DNA of 64,000 nt from Candidatus Heimdallarchaeota archaeon. GTDB taxonomy: Archaea; Asgardarchaeota; Heimdallarchaeia; Heimdallarchaeales; Heimdallarchaeaceae. The position numbers and the translations under genes were made by a program. The stretch is taken from assembly GCA_021399345.1 (NCBI GenBank), contig JAAFKI010000124.1, positions 1 through 64,000 of the forward strand, written 5' to 3'. Positions 27,914 to 38,407 of the stretch are shown piece after piece (positions within the stretch are counted from its first letter, which is position 1; each line of letters starts with the position of its first letter). A model generated the notes under the pieces. It was not told the DNA's origin and searched no databases. It saw only the letters and a program-made list of their open reading frames with translations.

Positions 27914-28783
27914 TTATTTGTATCTCTCCAAATCGTCTCTTTCATTTTTATTTTCAGAAAAAGTTGAATTTGAACTAAAGGAAAATGTTTTGTTAGAATT
28001 TGAGGATTTATCGCTTTCATCTGTATTTTTGAAATCTTCATCAAACTCTTCATCATATTCCTCTTTATAATCTTCATCAAACTCTTCATCAAAAGACGCA
28101 TCATCTTGGATGAAGTCAAAGCTACTTTCGAGGAATGAATAATCAAATTCTTGTATTTCTTTTGATTCTAAAACTAATTTTAATAGTATTTCTAATTCCT
28201 TTAGGGCTAATAAAGACGCATCTAAATCGACTTCATATGTATTACAATAAGAAAGAATACTTAGAACAGGAAATCTATACGCAGTTCCTTCAGCAAGAAG
28301 GAAACTTATTGGACCTTTGATTGATAAATCATCTCTAAAGGTTCTCTTAATACCAAAGAGTTCTGTATATTTTTTTGTTGGAATCAGAGTTACCCAAGAA
28401 TCATCAGAAGAATTACGAACGTCTTCTCTTAATCCACCTATAATGATGTAACGCTTCGCTTCCCAAGACAGAATCTCTTGTGTTATCCATTTCCAAAAAG
28501 CATCAGGAAGAGCGTTATAACCAACAACAGGTATAGGCAATCTAGAAGTTACTAGTACAAACTTTTCTTTTGGATCTTCAGACTTTACATCAAGTTCATA
28601 CATGGTAATAGGTGATTCCAAGTTTCCTTTATGAAACCAACTAAGGTTTCCCCAAAAACCAATTGATTCAACCTTAAGTACTTCTACAATATGATTAAGA
28701 ACAGTTGTTCCAACTGAGCCATAACCAGAAAATCCCAAAATCACTGTAGTGTCAGAATCAATTTTTGTAGCATCAAAAGACAT
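27914..28783 (-). CDS. PAC2 family proteasome assembly chaperone with acidic tail
   Basis: ILGFSGYGSVG, IIIGGL and IKGPISFLL motifs; C-terminal RYK. Confidence 0.75.
   Translation of the reverse strand: MSFDATKIDSDTTVILGFSGYGSVGTTVLNHIVEVLKVESIGFWGNLSWFHKGNLESPITMYELDVKSEDPKEKFVLVTSRLPIPVVGYNALPDAFWKWITQEILSWEAKRYIIIGGLREDVRNSSDDSWVTLIPTKKYTELFGIKRTFRDDLSIKGPISFLLAEGTAYRFPVLSILSYCNTYEVDLDASLLALKELEILLKLVLESKEIQEFDYSFLESSFDFIQDDASFDEEFDEDYKEEYDEEFDEDFKNTDESDKSSNSNKTFSFSSNSTFSENKNERDDLERYK
28033..28091. repeat. 23-bp direct repeat (36-bp period) in the PAC2 acidic tail
   Basis: AATCTTCATCAAACTCTTCATCA at 28033 and 28069. Confidence 0.8.
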
Positions 28784-28864
28784 CTGATTAAGAAACAGCC
28801 ATGTATTCTTCATTATTTGACAGCCAATTTTACTAGGTTAAAAAAGTGATGGTAAGGAAGTTTT

Positions 28865-30493
28865 TCAGTTCTCTTTTTTCTTATCTAGTCGATCTTTATT
28901 TCTTCGCCTTACCTTTACTTTTTCAACAAATTCATCTTCTGCTGGCCAAAGAAATGTGAATATAGATGTTAGTATTAGAAGAATGGTGATAGGTACCAAA
29001 ATACCTACTATATTGTATGCAAAATTATCACTGACTCCTGATACGGCAAAAACAACTAATAATGCCAACCCACCAAGAATAATCCCAATAATTTCACTTA
29101 TAGACATAATGGTTTGTTGAATGCTCATAGTTGCACCATGGAATTCAACTTGTTTTTCTAATTCAACTTCTGTTTTTGAAACGCCATTTTTTATATCTAA
29201 TGAACTACTATCGCCAAGCCTTCCACTGATTGCTGGAAAATATGCTGATGCCATCAAAACTGCCAATCCAAGTATTATCAGAATCCAAACATTGCTATAA
29301 AGACCTCTGGGATCGAATTTAGAAGAAGGATCGTTCCAAGCCTGTCCTCCTGTTAGAAGGTTTGAAAAGAAAGCAACCCCTATTCCTCCTACAAGCAAAA
29401 TCAAACCTATTACTCCAATAACCAAGGTTTTCTTTCTTCCAATTTTATCTGCAACCCAACCCCATAAAGCCATTGGAACCCCCATAGCGAGAGTTATCCC
29501 TACTGTTGCATAACTAGCAGTACCTGGCGTGGACTCAATTGATAAAATTAGGAAACCCCAATTGTTTAACACTCCTATAATTGATGCCGTCCCAAGTAAA
29601 GGTAAAATAATTCCTCGTCTGCGTTTATTTGTCATCATTCGCCAAGATGTGGCTAATTCTTTCTTTACACTGTACTTTTCTTCCTTTACAACTGATTTAG
29701 TTTTATCAATCATGAAGTAAACAACAACAGCCGATATAATTATCGCGAAACCAAAAAGAAGATAAATATATGCTAATCTTTCTGGATTTACTGGATCCCA
29801 GAAATTAATGAATTGACTTGCTGTAATTTCATCAAGTCCAAAAACAATTCTGTTTTTACCTCTATACAATCTAACTTTCTCATCAATCCCCACAATTTTA
29901 TCATAAAGTAATCCAGCAAGGATAACACCAACTGAACGACCACCAGTAACAGCAACATTATAAAATCCAATCCTAGTTGCTCGGTTTTCATAAACAGAGA
30001 ATCTAGAGATGTAACCGTAAGAAGCATTTACTTTACACGATCCAGCTAAACCATGAAGGAAATGATAAAGACTCATACCAAAAATCAGTAACCCATTTGT
30101 TAAGGGAATTATTCCTATCCATCCGAGCCAATTTAATGCGCAAATTCCATAGCCACCTAGAATCAACCCTCCAGCTGCAGTACCGAATAAAATCCACCTT
30201 TTAGCATCTGAAGTATCTGATTTGAAACCAAAATACCCTGAACTAAAAATAACAGCAAGTGCATAGGTTATTTCAACTACAATCACAGAAATATTGGCTG
30301 CCCAACCCTCCATACCCAAGTGCTCCCAAATGAAGATTGGCATTAAAACAGTAGTACTACCAAATGCTACACGTAAAAAGAAAGTTGATATCAAAATACC
30401 AATAAGAGATAAGTTTGGATGAGGAAGTTTATACAAACCCTCTTCGCTCTCAGTAGAAGAATCAGAGTTTGTTTTTAGTGCATCTTTACTCAT
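28865..30493 (-). CDS. MFS transporter
   Basis: About 12 TM; WGWVADKIGRKK motif A; ENRATRIGFYN. Confidence 0.88.
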   Translation of the reverse strand: MSKDALKTNSDSSTESEEGLYKLPHPNLSLIGILISTFFLRVAFGSTTVLMPIFIWEHLGMEGWAANISVIVVEITYALAVIFSSGYFGFKSDTSDAKRWILFGTAAGGLILGGYGICALNWLGWIGIIPLTNGLLIFGMSLYHFLHGLAGSCKVNASYGYISRFSVYENRATRIGFYNVAVTGGRSVGVILAGLLYDKIVGIDEKVRLYRGKNRIVFGLDEITASQFINFWDPVNPERLAYIYLLFGFAIIISAVVVYFMIDKTKSVVKEEKYSVKKELATSWRMMTNKRRRGIILPLLGTASIIGVLNNWGFLILSIESTPGTASYATVGITLAMGVPMALWGWVADKIGRKKTLVIGVIGLILLVGGIGVAFFSNLLTGGQAWNDPSSKFDPRGLYSNVWILIILGLAVLMASAYFPAISGRLGDSSSLDIKNGVSKTEVELEKQVEFHGATMSIQQTIMSISEIIGIILGGLALLVVFAVSGVSDNFAYNIVGILVPITILLILTSIFTFLWPAEDEFVEKVKVRRRNKDRLDKKKEN

Positions 30494-30651
30494 ATTGACT
30501 TATCCCGCAATTAATGAAGAAAAGAGTGTGTGAGTGATATTAAAATTTATGGTTTAAATGTAGGTAAGAGCTCATTAAAATTTGAATAAAATTCTTTGAG
30601 TTAATCAATTGATTATAAAAACGAAATAGCTTATTGTCACACGCAGTAGCG

Positions 30652-30708
30652 TAAAGTATTTAAGAAAGGCATAAAGTATTTAATATTGTAGTTACATAAA
30701 GTAATCAA
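30652..30708 (+). promoter_or_regulatory. Three direct repeats TAAAGTA(T/A)T(T/C)AA upstream of the MoxR operon
   Basis: Copies at 30652, 30672 (both TAAAGTATTTAA) and 30697 (TAAAGTAATCAA). Confidence 0.5.
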
Positions 30709-30736
30709 TAATAGTTATAGATGGAGAATAAAAAAA

Positions 30737-31165
30737 ATGAGCAGCGAAAAGCAATCAGTAACGATCGCAAAGATGGTGAAATTAGAGGCTGAAAAGCCAA
30801 TTGAACTACCAGAAGAATTCTTATCAGCCCTTAAACCAGATGGCAAAACATTTGCAGTACTTATATTAGCACCAAATACAAGAATTATTAGAATCATTCC
30901 AACAAGTACAAATGAGGTTGCTAAGATTAACATCAACATCGGAAAACTCTCTCCTGACTTCCTTCGTAAAATGGGATCTATCTTCATCAGGCTCGGTATT
31001 AAGACACTGTACAGTACAGGTTTATGTTTTACCCAAAGTGCCTGCGTTTACGAGGGCTACATAGATTCTGATGAACTTAAAGAAGTCAGCATTGACCAAA
31101 TTAAGGATGAACTTGAGAGAATCGAAGGCGTTTCGAGTGTCGAAGTTGATGCCTTAACTGCCTAG
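30737..31165 (+). CDS. AbrB-like plus ACT domain regulator
   Basis: IELPEEFLSAL...RIIRIIP swapped-hairpin pattern, then an ACT-like fold ending ELERIEGVSSVEV. Confidence 0.6.
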   Translation: MSSEKQSVTIAKMVKLEAEKPIELPEEFLSALKPDGKTFAVLILAPNTRIIRIIPTSTNEVAKININIGKLSPDFLRKMGSIFIRLGIKTLYSTGLCFTQSACVYEGYIDSDELKEVSIDQIKDELERIEGVSSVEVDALTA

Positions 31166-31179
31166 AGGAGCGAACCGTC

Positions 31180-31893
31180 TTGGTTCGACGGAGAGTAAAG
31201 GAAAAACGTCTCACTTTGCTTCTCCATCCATTGCGTAGAGAGATTTACCGTCTTGTGTGTGAGACTCCAGGGGCATATTTTTTTGAATTATCTAGTGCTT
31301 TAACTGCACCGCATGGTACTATTAATTGGCATTTAAGAAAGCTAGAAGAATCTATGCTTATTAAATCTACTAAATTTGGTGGAAAAAGAGTTTATTTTTC
31401 TAGAACTTTACGTTCTGAAGATGTCGAAAAAGCCTTTGTTGTTCTCAAGCATTCTACAGCAAGGAAAATCTTTGCTTACATTTTGAATAACGAAGGATGT
31501 CATCAAACTCTAATAGCTAAATCCTTAGGAATTCATCATGACACAGTTCGTCATCACACAGATAGAATGGTACAAGCTAATTTAATATCAAAATTTAGCG
31601 TAGGTAGAAAAACTTGCTATAAGCTGGATGAAGTGGGTATAAAAATACAAGAAGAAAGTATCAATACTATCTCCAATACATATGTAGCTGCTTTAATGGA
31701 TATCCTTGAAGAAAATTGTTTACATCCAGAAATAGAGGAAGTTTCCAAGGATCATTTGACAGTTAGGATAGAATGTCCAGGATCAACTGATGCAACTTTT
31801 ACAATATCTCTTTCTCAGTGGACATTTGATGAAGAATGGGAGGAAACTGTACAAATAGATGGTGAAAAAGAAAAAGTTGAGGAAGCAACTTAA
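31180..31893 (+). CDS. Tandem winged-HTH transcriptional regulator
   Basis: RREIYRLV..TPG....EL..GTINWHLRKLE and ARKIF..I...GCHQ..IA..LG...TVRHH; SD GAGG. Confidence 0.85.
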   Translation: MVRRRVKEKRLTLLLHPLRREIYRLVCETPGAYFFELSSALTAPHGTINWHLRKLEESMLIKSTKFGGKRVYFSRTLRSEDVEKAFVVLKHSTARKIFAYILNNEGCHQTLIAKSLGIHHDTVRHHTDRMVQANLISKFSVGRKTCYKLDEVGIKIQEESINTISNTYVAALMDILEENCLHPEIEEVSKDHLTVRIECPGSTDATFTISLSQWTFDEEWEETVQIDGEKEKVEEAT

Positions 31894-31982
31894 TCTAGAA
31901 ACATTTTTTTTGTTTTTCCGTTAGTTTTAATTTCTATCATTAAAATACTTTTATAAGGGAATTTGTCACATAATCTTAAGGA

Positions 31983-33005
31983 GTGTTAGACATGAGTTCT
32001 AAGGAGAAAACCAAATCTCGAAAGAGCACAAAGACTTCAAAAACTAGTTTGAAAACGATTTCAACAAAAATTAATGAAATTTACACTAATATGAGTAAAG
32101 TGATTGTAGGGCAAAAGGAAGTAATTAACGCGATGATTACAGCTGTTTTAGCAGACGGTCACGTTTTACTTGAAGGTGTACCAGGAATAGCAAAGACCTT
32201 AATGGTTAGAGCACTTGCAAAAGCAATATCAGCAGATTTCAAAAGAATACAATTCACACCAGATCTGATGCCTTCTGATGTTACAGGAGTAATGGCCTAT
32301 AAACCAGAAACGGGAGATTTTTACTTCAAGGAAGGACCGGTATTTACAAACTTGTTACTAGCAGACGAAATTAACAGAGCACCACCAAAAACACAGGCAG
32401 CAATGTTAGAGAGCATGCAGGAAAAACAAGTAACAATAGAAAAGCAAACAACAGCTCTGCCTGATCCATTCATAGTTTTTGCGACTCAGAATCCAATTGA
32501 AACTGAGGGGACGTATCCTTTACCTGAAGCCCAGATTGACAGATTTGCATTCAAGGTTTTAGTTTCCTATCCAGCTGAAGATGAGGAAACTGAGATAGTC
32601 AATCGGTTCACTGGAGAATATGATTCTTATGATAAACTTGAGGATATTATTCCAGTAATGACTGCTGAGGAAGTAATAAGTTTACAAAAGGTTGTTAGAA
32701 AAGAAGTTAGTATTTCTGAAGAGCTTTCTAAGTATATTGTTAGAATTGTTACTTTAACTAGAGAAAGTGATGAGGTTTACATGGGTGCTAGTCCTCGAGC
32801 TAGTCTTTGGATGACCATCTCAGCTAAAGCATCGGCAGCTATGGATGGAAGAAATTATGTTAATCCTCTTGATATTCAGAAAGTTGCTAAAAATGTTCTT
32901 CGTCACAGAGTTCTCATTAAACCCGAGTATGAATTCGACGGGACCACTTCAGAGATAATTATTGACAGGATTCTAAAGCATACTCCCGCGCCAAGCATTC
33001 AATAA
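31983..33005 (+). CDS. moxR: MoxR family AAA+ ATPase
   Basis: [46 protein letters not shown] and GASPRA motifs. Confidence 0.96.
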   Translation: MLDMSSKEKTKSRKSTKTSKTSLKTISTKINEIYTNMSKVIVGQKEVINAMITAVLADGHVLLEGVPGIAKTLMVRALAKAISADFKRIQFTPDLMPSDVTGVMAYKPETGDFYFKEGPVFTNLLLADEINRAPPKTQAAMLESMQEKQVTIEKQTTALPDPFIVFATQNPIETEGTYPLPEAQIDRFAFKVLVSYPAEDEETEIVNRFTGEYDSYDKLEDIIPVMTAEEVISLQKVVRKEVSISEELSKYIVRIVTLTRESDEVYMGASPRASLWMTISAKASAAMDGRNYVNPLDIQKVAKNVLRHRVLIKPEYEFDGTTSEIIIDRILKHTPAPSIQ

Positions 33006-33011
33006 TAGAGA

Positions 33012-35195
33012 TTGAGATACATGAAGCTAAATCGTAAGTATTTCTTACTACTCGTTATATGTTTAGAAATGGTTATGTTAGTTGGTGGAAGCACCTACAT
33101 TATCAATGCTAAAACCAATAATGTGGTCGCACAAGAAACTGATTTCACAGTCGTAATTTCTAAAGATCAGTACTATTTCAAAAACGATACAATGAGAACA
33201 GATGGCTATATCTATTGGGTTGACTTAAACTCTCCTGGTGGATACCTAACCATCTTTGGGAATACTTCCGATATGTATGAAATCTCTTTTTGGGACGGCT
33301 TAGGTGATATGAATGAAGGTCAAGACTATGAACTTGAACCTGACAGAATAAGGGTGTATCCAAGAACAACTGGTTTAAATTATAAAATTAGGAGCAATTA
33401 TTATCCTGATTATTTCCTTGATACCAATTTTGTAGTAATATTTGACACCTTTTGGGCTCAATTCAGTTATCTAACACCAGATGGAGATGAAAGATATGCT
33501 CCAGTAACCTATCACAATAAACAATTATTACCTGAGGATGCTGGTCTAGTAAGTTTTGCTCCCACAGATAATGCAATAATTGTTAAAGAGGGCGACTCAT
33601 TTGGAATAACATGGGATTATGAAGAAAGAGCTATGGATCCATTCCATGAACCATTGACATATGAAGTTACTTACAATTTTGATCCAATTTATTTACAGTT
33701 TACAGAACAGATGTTCGAAAACCAATCTCAACAACAAGAGATTGAACAAGTTGAGAGCTTGTTAAATCTATTACAAATTTACTTCAAACTTATTGCATTT
33801 ATTGCGATAGCAATTAGCATATTTGCTGCACTTTTTGGTTATTTAAGAGCTAAAAGGAAATTCAAATCCAAGCTCAATGAAGCACGAAGTATGCCAAAAA
33901 AGATGTTAAAAGATATTGAAGCTGAAATAGACCCCCGGAAAAGAGTATCATCGCTCTTCAACGCTTTCTTTATTTTACTTTTAATCTCTCCAGCACTTTA
34001 TACGAATCAGCAGATAACAACCGATATGGATGTTGTAGCAAATAATAAAATGGTTACAATCGAGGGATATACCCCCATCATGTCAGGTGAAAGAGATATT
34101 AGGTATGAATCCTCTATCGAACTGGGAGCGGATGGAATTGCATTTGAGACAGTTATTATGGAATTACCTTTTACAGTGGATAATTTCAGTATTTGGGCCG
34201 ATACAGGTTCAGTTTTAGAATTCAGAGCATATAATGAATTTCATGCTCCCCTATCTTACCAACAATTCAGCGATAAATATGTAATAAGAAATCTTCAAGG
34301 ATTTATTGAGTATGAAATAGTACGACCTTATACATACTATAACAACAGCAACATCTTAGTATATCTTGATTATTTCTGGTTATTATTCGTTGATCCAGAA
34401 TTGCAAGAAGAATCTCAACCACCAATTTATTCAAAGGCAGATATCAAATTTACAGTAATTGTTCCAGAGGGGGCAATATTATACAGTGCATCACCTGAAA
34501 GCATTCTAACTCTAAGTCAAACTCCAGAAGGTAGAAGAAAAGTAACTTTCACCGATGAAGATAGAGATATCGATCCTTATCATGATTTGTTCTCAACACA
34601 GATTACATATTCGTTTATTGATGTAATTGAAGCAATAGAAAATCAATCTGCCAGATTTGAACACTTCAGAGTTGAAACAAAAATATCTGAAGAACAGAGG
34701 GCTTCTTTAAGTAGAAATCTTATATTTATCAGTTTATTAGGTTTAATTGCACCTATTCTAGCTTTTCTTTTAACATATTTTATTGTTCGAAGAAGAATGT
34801 TAAGAAAAATTCAAGAAGAGGAGCAAAAATATGAAATGCTTGTTTCAGTTGAAGAAATACAATTGCAGGCTATGAATAGAGCTAAGGAAATAGATGCAGC
34901 ATCAGAACCATGGAAAGCAATGTTGGGTGAGTACTGGGAATTATTAGGATATATTAGCAGGATTGTACCAGTAAACTTACTAGCAGCGCCTGAAGAGCTC
35001 CATGAGAGGACTGTCAGACAATATATTCCTGCTAACCTTATCACTGAGACTTTAGAGATTCTCTCAGTAGGGGGAGCCCTTTCAAACAGTTGGATAAGTA
35101 ATGAGCAAATCTACTATAATAAACAACAAGCTCGAGATTATTTAGAATCCGTAATGAAATTAATCGAAAAAATAGAAAAATGGAGAAAAGATTAA
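33012..35195 (+). CDS. Membrane protein with two homologous ectodomain-TM modules
   Basis: Signal peptide and three further hydrophobic segments; internal repeats (LPEDAGLVSFAP / VPEGAILYSASP). Confidence 0.75.
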   Translation: MRYMKLNRKYFLLLVICLEMVMLVGGSTYIINAKTNNVVAQETDFTVVISKDQYYFKNDTMRTDGYIYWVDLNSPGGYLTIFGNTSDMYEISFWDGLGDMNEGQDYELEPDRIRVYPRTTGLNYKIRSNYYPDYFLDTNFVVIFDTFWAQFSYLTPDGDERYAPVTYHNKQLLPEDAGLVSFAPTDNAIIVKEGDSFGITWDYEERAMDPFHEPLTYEVTYNFDPIYLQFTEQMFENQSQQQEIEQVESLLNLLQIYFKLIAFIAIAISIFAALFGYLRAKRKFKSKLNEARSMPKKMLKDIEAEIDPRKRVSSLFNAFFILLLISPALYTNQQITTDMDVVANNKMVTIEGYTPIMSGERDIRYESSIELGADGIAFETVIMELPFTVDNFSIWADTGSVLEFRAYNEFHAPLSYQQFSDKYVIRNLQGFIEYEIVRPYTYYNNSNILVYLDYFWLLFVDPELQEESQPPIYSKADIKFTVIVPEGAILYSASPESILTLSQTPEGRRKVTFTDEDRDIDPYHDLFSTQITYSFIDVIEAIENQSARFEHFRVETKISEEQRASLSRNLIFISLLGLIAPILAFLLTYFIVRRRMLRKIQEEEQKYEMLVSVEEIQLQAMNRAKEIDAASEPWKAMLGEYWELLGYISRIVPVNLLAAPEELHERTVRQYIPANLITETLEILSVGGALSNSWISNEQIYYNKQQARDYLESVMKLIEKIEKWRKD

Positions 35196-35197
35196 AA

Positions 35198-35872
35198 ATG
35201 AAAACTAAATCAAAAATCTTCTATTTTATGTTGATATCGCTTCTTATCGCGAGTATATTTCCAGTTTATCATTCAGTTGGGCAAGAAGGTGTGTATACTT
35301 CCCCCACATATTCATTTGAAATAGATGAAAATACTAATTTCACTGTCGTTTCTCAAGCCCCTCTTACTTGGCAACAAAATCAATATGAAAATATAACAGT
35401 CACAATAAAAACTACAGGATTAGCAGTAGGTGAGAATCTCTCATTAACTTTGGTTTCTTTCTTTTTTAATTATCCAGAAGATCCAGTTCCTCACTCATCT
35501 GGTTCAAAAATAATAAACCAGAATCTTACACAAATAGATCAAACCTATGAATTTAATAGAACATTTATCCCACCAGATGAAGATAGATTCAATATTACTA
35601 TCAAGATTATTGCTAATAGTACTGGAATTCCTGTTGCTCAGGAGTTTTTTGCTCAATTCCCAGGAGATGAGCCATATATTGAAGTTAAAAAAAGCAAAGC
35701 TTTACCCGTAATCAACCTTCCAGGCTTTCCTGATCCACAGACTTTTGCTAGATGGATATTCATTTTTCTTGTAATTATTGGGATTATATCACTACCATCT
35801 ATCTTTGTAGCTTATACGAAAATCCAGGAAACGGTGAAAGGTAGAAAAAAGAAAGGAGAAGATGAGAAATGA
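35198..35872 (+). CDS. Single-pass surface protein
   Basis: Signal peptide, many NxT/S sequons, C-terminal TM and basic tail. Confidence 0.75.
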   Translation: MKTKSKIFYFMLISLLIASIFPVYHSVGQEGVYTSPTYSFEIDENTNFTVVSQAPLTWQQNQYENITVTIKTTGLAVGENLSLTLVSFFFNYPEDPVPHSSGSKIINQNLTQIDQTYEFNRTFIPPDEDRFNITIKIIANSTGIPVAQEFFAQFPGDEPYIEVKKSKALPVINLPGFPDPQTFARWIFIFLVIIGIISLPSIFVAYTKIQETVKGRKKKGEDEK

Positions 35873-37461
35873 GTTCTGAAGAAACTACAACTCCACTTGA
35901 AAGATCTATGAAGAAGATGGATGTTCTAATGAGATCGTTTGGACTGAGGACAAGGGTATTCAAAGGCACATCTAGAGCAGTAGTAAAGGGCACACGAAAA
36001 CTCTATCCTTATGAGTTAAATGCCACATTAGTAGAGACAGCTAGAGGAGTTGGAATTCGCGTTAGACTTGAAAAGATCTGGTACACATTCCTCAAACTCA
36101 CCCCATTCTTTATCGTTATACTCTTTTCAATTTTACAAGCAACAGTTCCTGCAGCAGGAGAAAGTATTGCAAGTGCTACAGGAGTAAATTTGTTTTTACT
36201 TCTTTTAGGAACAAATTCAAATGGCTTAGGTATTTGGATAGCACTACCTATTATAGGATTAATAGTTGTTGGTGCAGAAATTCTAGAAAGAATCATTCGT
36301 GCAAAATATATTCAAGATCGAATGCCTAGATTTCTCAGTGGAGCTGAGTGGACAGTTGCTGAACCACCAGTAGTTCTAGATCTCATTGGTTCCGCAAATA
36401 ATCTATTTTGGTTAATGTATGTTGTACTAATTATTAGCTTTGCACCGATATCCTTCCATGGGGATATATTTGCTAAATTCTTAGAAGTATATGAAGTAGA
36501 TGCGGGAGCATTGATTGAAACTACAAAGTTTATTTCAATCCTGAATATAGGCTTTTTAGGGGGACTTTTGTTTGCAGTTCTTTATCAAAACTATGAAAAA
36601 TTTAGAGGTAGTCTCGATAGACAACAGCTAAGACAGGATATCAAATTTGAGAGCCAAACAAGACAAATGTTTCAGATTGCAATCGGAGCAACAATGTTTG
36701 CAACACTAATGCTAGTTGGATATTATTTCACATTTTGGTCAGGAATTACTGTGACTCAGGTTTTGATATTTTATGCTGTTACTATAATATCAAGTGTTCT
36801 TGGTGTATGGTTATTCTGGCAAAAAGAAGGCTATATCTTCATCACAATGGCGATTTGGTTCTTCCTAAGTGCGGTTGTAATGATTTTTATGAATGCCAAC
36901 AATCCATCTTATTCATGGATGATTATTTGTAACTTGTTCCTTATTGTTCTAGTAGTAGTTTTATCTCTGAATAGATATTTTACGAAAAATTTGGAAAAGA
37001 AAGGAATTCATGAACCAAGCTGGATGTATAACCTCTTCCCATTATTTGCATTTATTTCAGTACTCATCAAAAAGAAGGTTAGAATATCAAGAGGTGTGGA
37101 TAAAGAACTTGATGAGATTCTAGAAGAGGAAATGAAGGATAGAGTAAAAGAGAAAGAACCGCTAGTTATCGACATGGGTAAAGTTAAGAAGAAAGGAAAA
37201 GAATCTATAAAAATTATTCAAACCTATCAAAAAATACTCTCAAGAATTGTCAAGGGTGAGGTTAACATTGTGTCTCTTGTCGGTCTTAATAATCTTGTTT
37301 TAGATATAATTAAAGACGATAAGAAATTACACAAGGAAGCAATTCAAGTTTTCAAAGTAGTAGATAGTTTACTTTGGGATGATAATTATGTTTTGAAACA
37401 AGGTGAAACTATTCTGACTTCTGCAACAAACATCTATGAAGAACTTGTAAAACAAAGGTGA
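35869..37461 (+). CDS. Multi-pass membrane protein
   Basis: About 9-10 hydrophobic segments; ATGA overlap with the previous gene. Confidence 0.75.
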   Translation: MSSEETTTPLERSMKKMDVLMRSFGLRTRVFKGTSRAVVKGTRKLYPYELNATLVETARGVGIRVRLEKIWYTFLKLTPFFIVILFSILQATVPAAGESIASATGVNLFLLLLGTNSNGLGIWIALPIIGLIVVGAEILERIIRAKYIQDRMPRFLSGAEWTVAEPPVVLDLIGSANNLFWLMYVVLIISFAPISFHGDIFAKFLEVYEVDAGALIETTKFISILNIGFLGGLLFAVLYQNYEKFRGSLDRQQLRQDIKFESQTRQMFQIAIGATMFATLMLVGYYFTFWSGITVTQVLIFYAVTIISSVLGVWLFWQKEGYIFITMAIWFFLSAVVMIFMNANNPSYSWMIICNLFLIVLVVVLSLNRYFTKNLEKKGIHEPSWMYNLFPLFAFISVLIKKKVRISRGVDKELDEILEEEMKDRVKEKEPLVIDMGKVKKKGKESIKIIQTYQKILSRIVKGEVNIVSLVGLNNLVLDIIKDDKKLHKEAIQVFKVVDSLLWDDNYVLKQGETILTSATNIYEELVKQR

Positions 37462-37465
37462 AATA

Positions 37466-38407
37466 ATGTCAGTAGCAGGTGAACCAAAAACTGTGAAAGA
37501 GAAGAAAGATAGCGTTAAAATACCTCTGAAGAAGCTAAGGAGATTGGAGATTCTTGCCAAAGAAAAAACTACTAGCTTCCTTCAAGGACATAGACGATCC
37601 ATCTTTCGAGGACCTGGTACTGAATATGCAGATTTAAGAGAGTATATTGAGGGTGATGATCTCAGATTTGTAGATTGGAATGCTTCATCCAGAGTTCCTT
37701 TCAAATTGATAGTTAGGGACTATGAACAAGAGAGGAATACAAATGTCATATTAATGTTAGATACTAGTTATTCTATGTTACTGGGTGAACCAAATCCCAG
37801 AATTAAAATGGCAGTAGAAGCAATAGCCACCCTTGCATATACTGTTATGAATAACAGAGATAATTTTGGATGGGTTTCTTTCTCAGAAAAAATACACAAA
37901 TATATTCCTGCTAGAGGTGGAAAAACACACCTTTATCATATTTTTAATGAAATGTTGAAGATTGCTCCATTTGGTAGCACAAATATAGGCGAAACTGTAA
38001 AAGAAATTGCTTTAGCTCAGAAGAGAAGATCGATTATAATAATACTTACCGACCTTCATGGCAATCTTGAGGAAGCAATGGATGGGTTCAAGGTTGCCAA
38101 TGTTAAGCATCACGATTTTAAACTGTTTCATATTCATGATCCTGAAGAATTTTTATTTCCTAAAAACCCTAGACAAGTAAAATACCAAGATCCTGAAACA
38201 GGAGAAATAAAAACAGTTAATTTGAGTAATTTACTTGAAAGAGGAAAGTTCATGTATGAGCTCGGCCTCGAGATTAGAAAAATTAATGAATTTAAGCGAA
38301 AGGTTAGAGGTTTAAATATAGAAGTGATAGATGCGCCAACAACTGTTCTAACAGAAAAATTATTGCTTACTTATTTTGGTTCAAAGAGGAGAGGACTAGT
38401 AAGATGA
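37466..38407 (+). CDS. DUF58 (vWA-like) protein
   Basis: GPGTEYADLREY..GDDLRFVDWNASSR, MIDAS-like DTSYSM and ILTD motifs. Confidence 0.94.
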   Translation: MSVAGEPKTVKEKKDSVKIPLKKLRRLEILAKEKTTSFLQGHRRSIFRGPGTEYADLREYIEGDDLRFVDWNASSRVPFKLIVRDYEQERNTNVILMLDTSYSMLLGEPNPRIKMAVEAIATLAYTVMNNRDNFGWVSFSEKIHKYIPARGGKTHLYHIFNEMLKIAPFGSTNIGETVKEIALAQKRRSIIIILTDLHGNLEEAMDGFKVANVKHHDFKLFHIHDPEEFLFPKNPRQVKYQDPETGEIKTVNLSNLLERGKFMYELGLEIRKINEFKRKVRGLNIEVIDAPTTVLTEKLLLTYFGSKRRGLVR

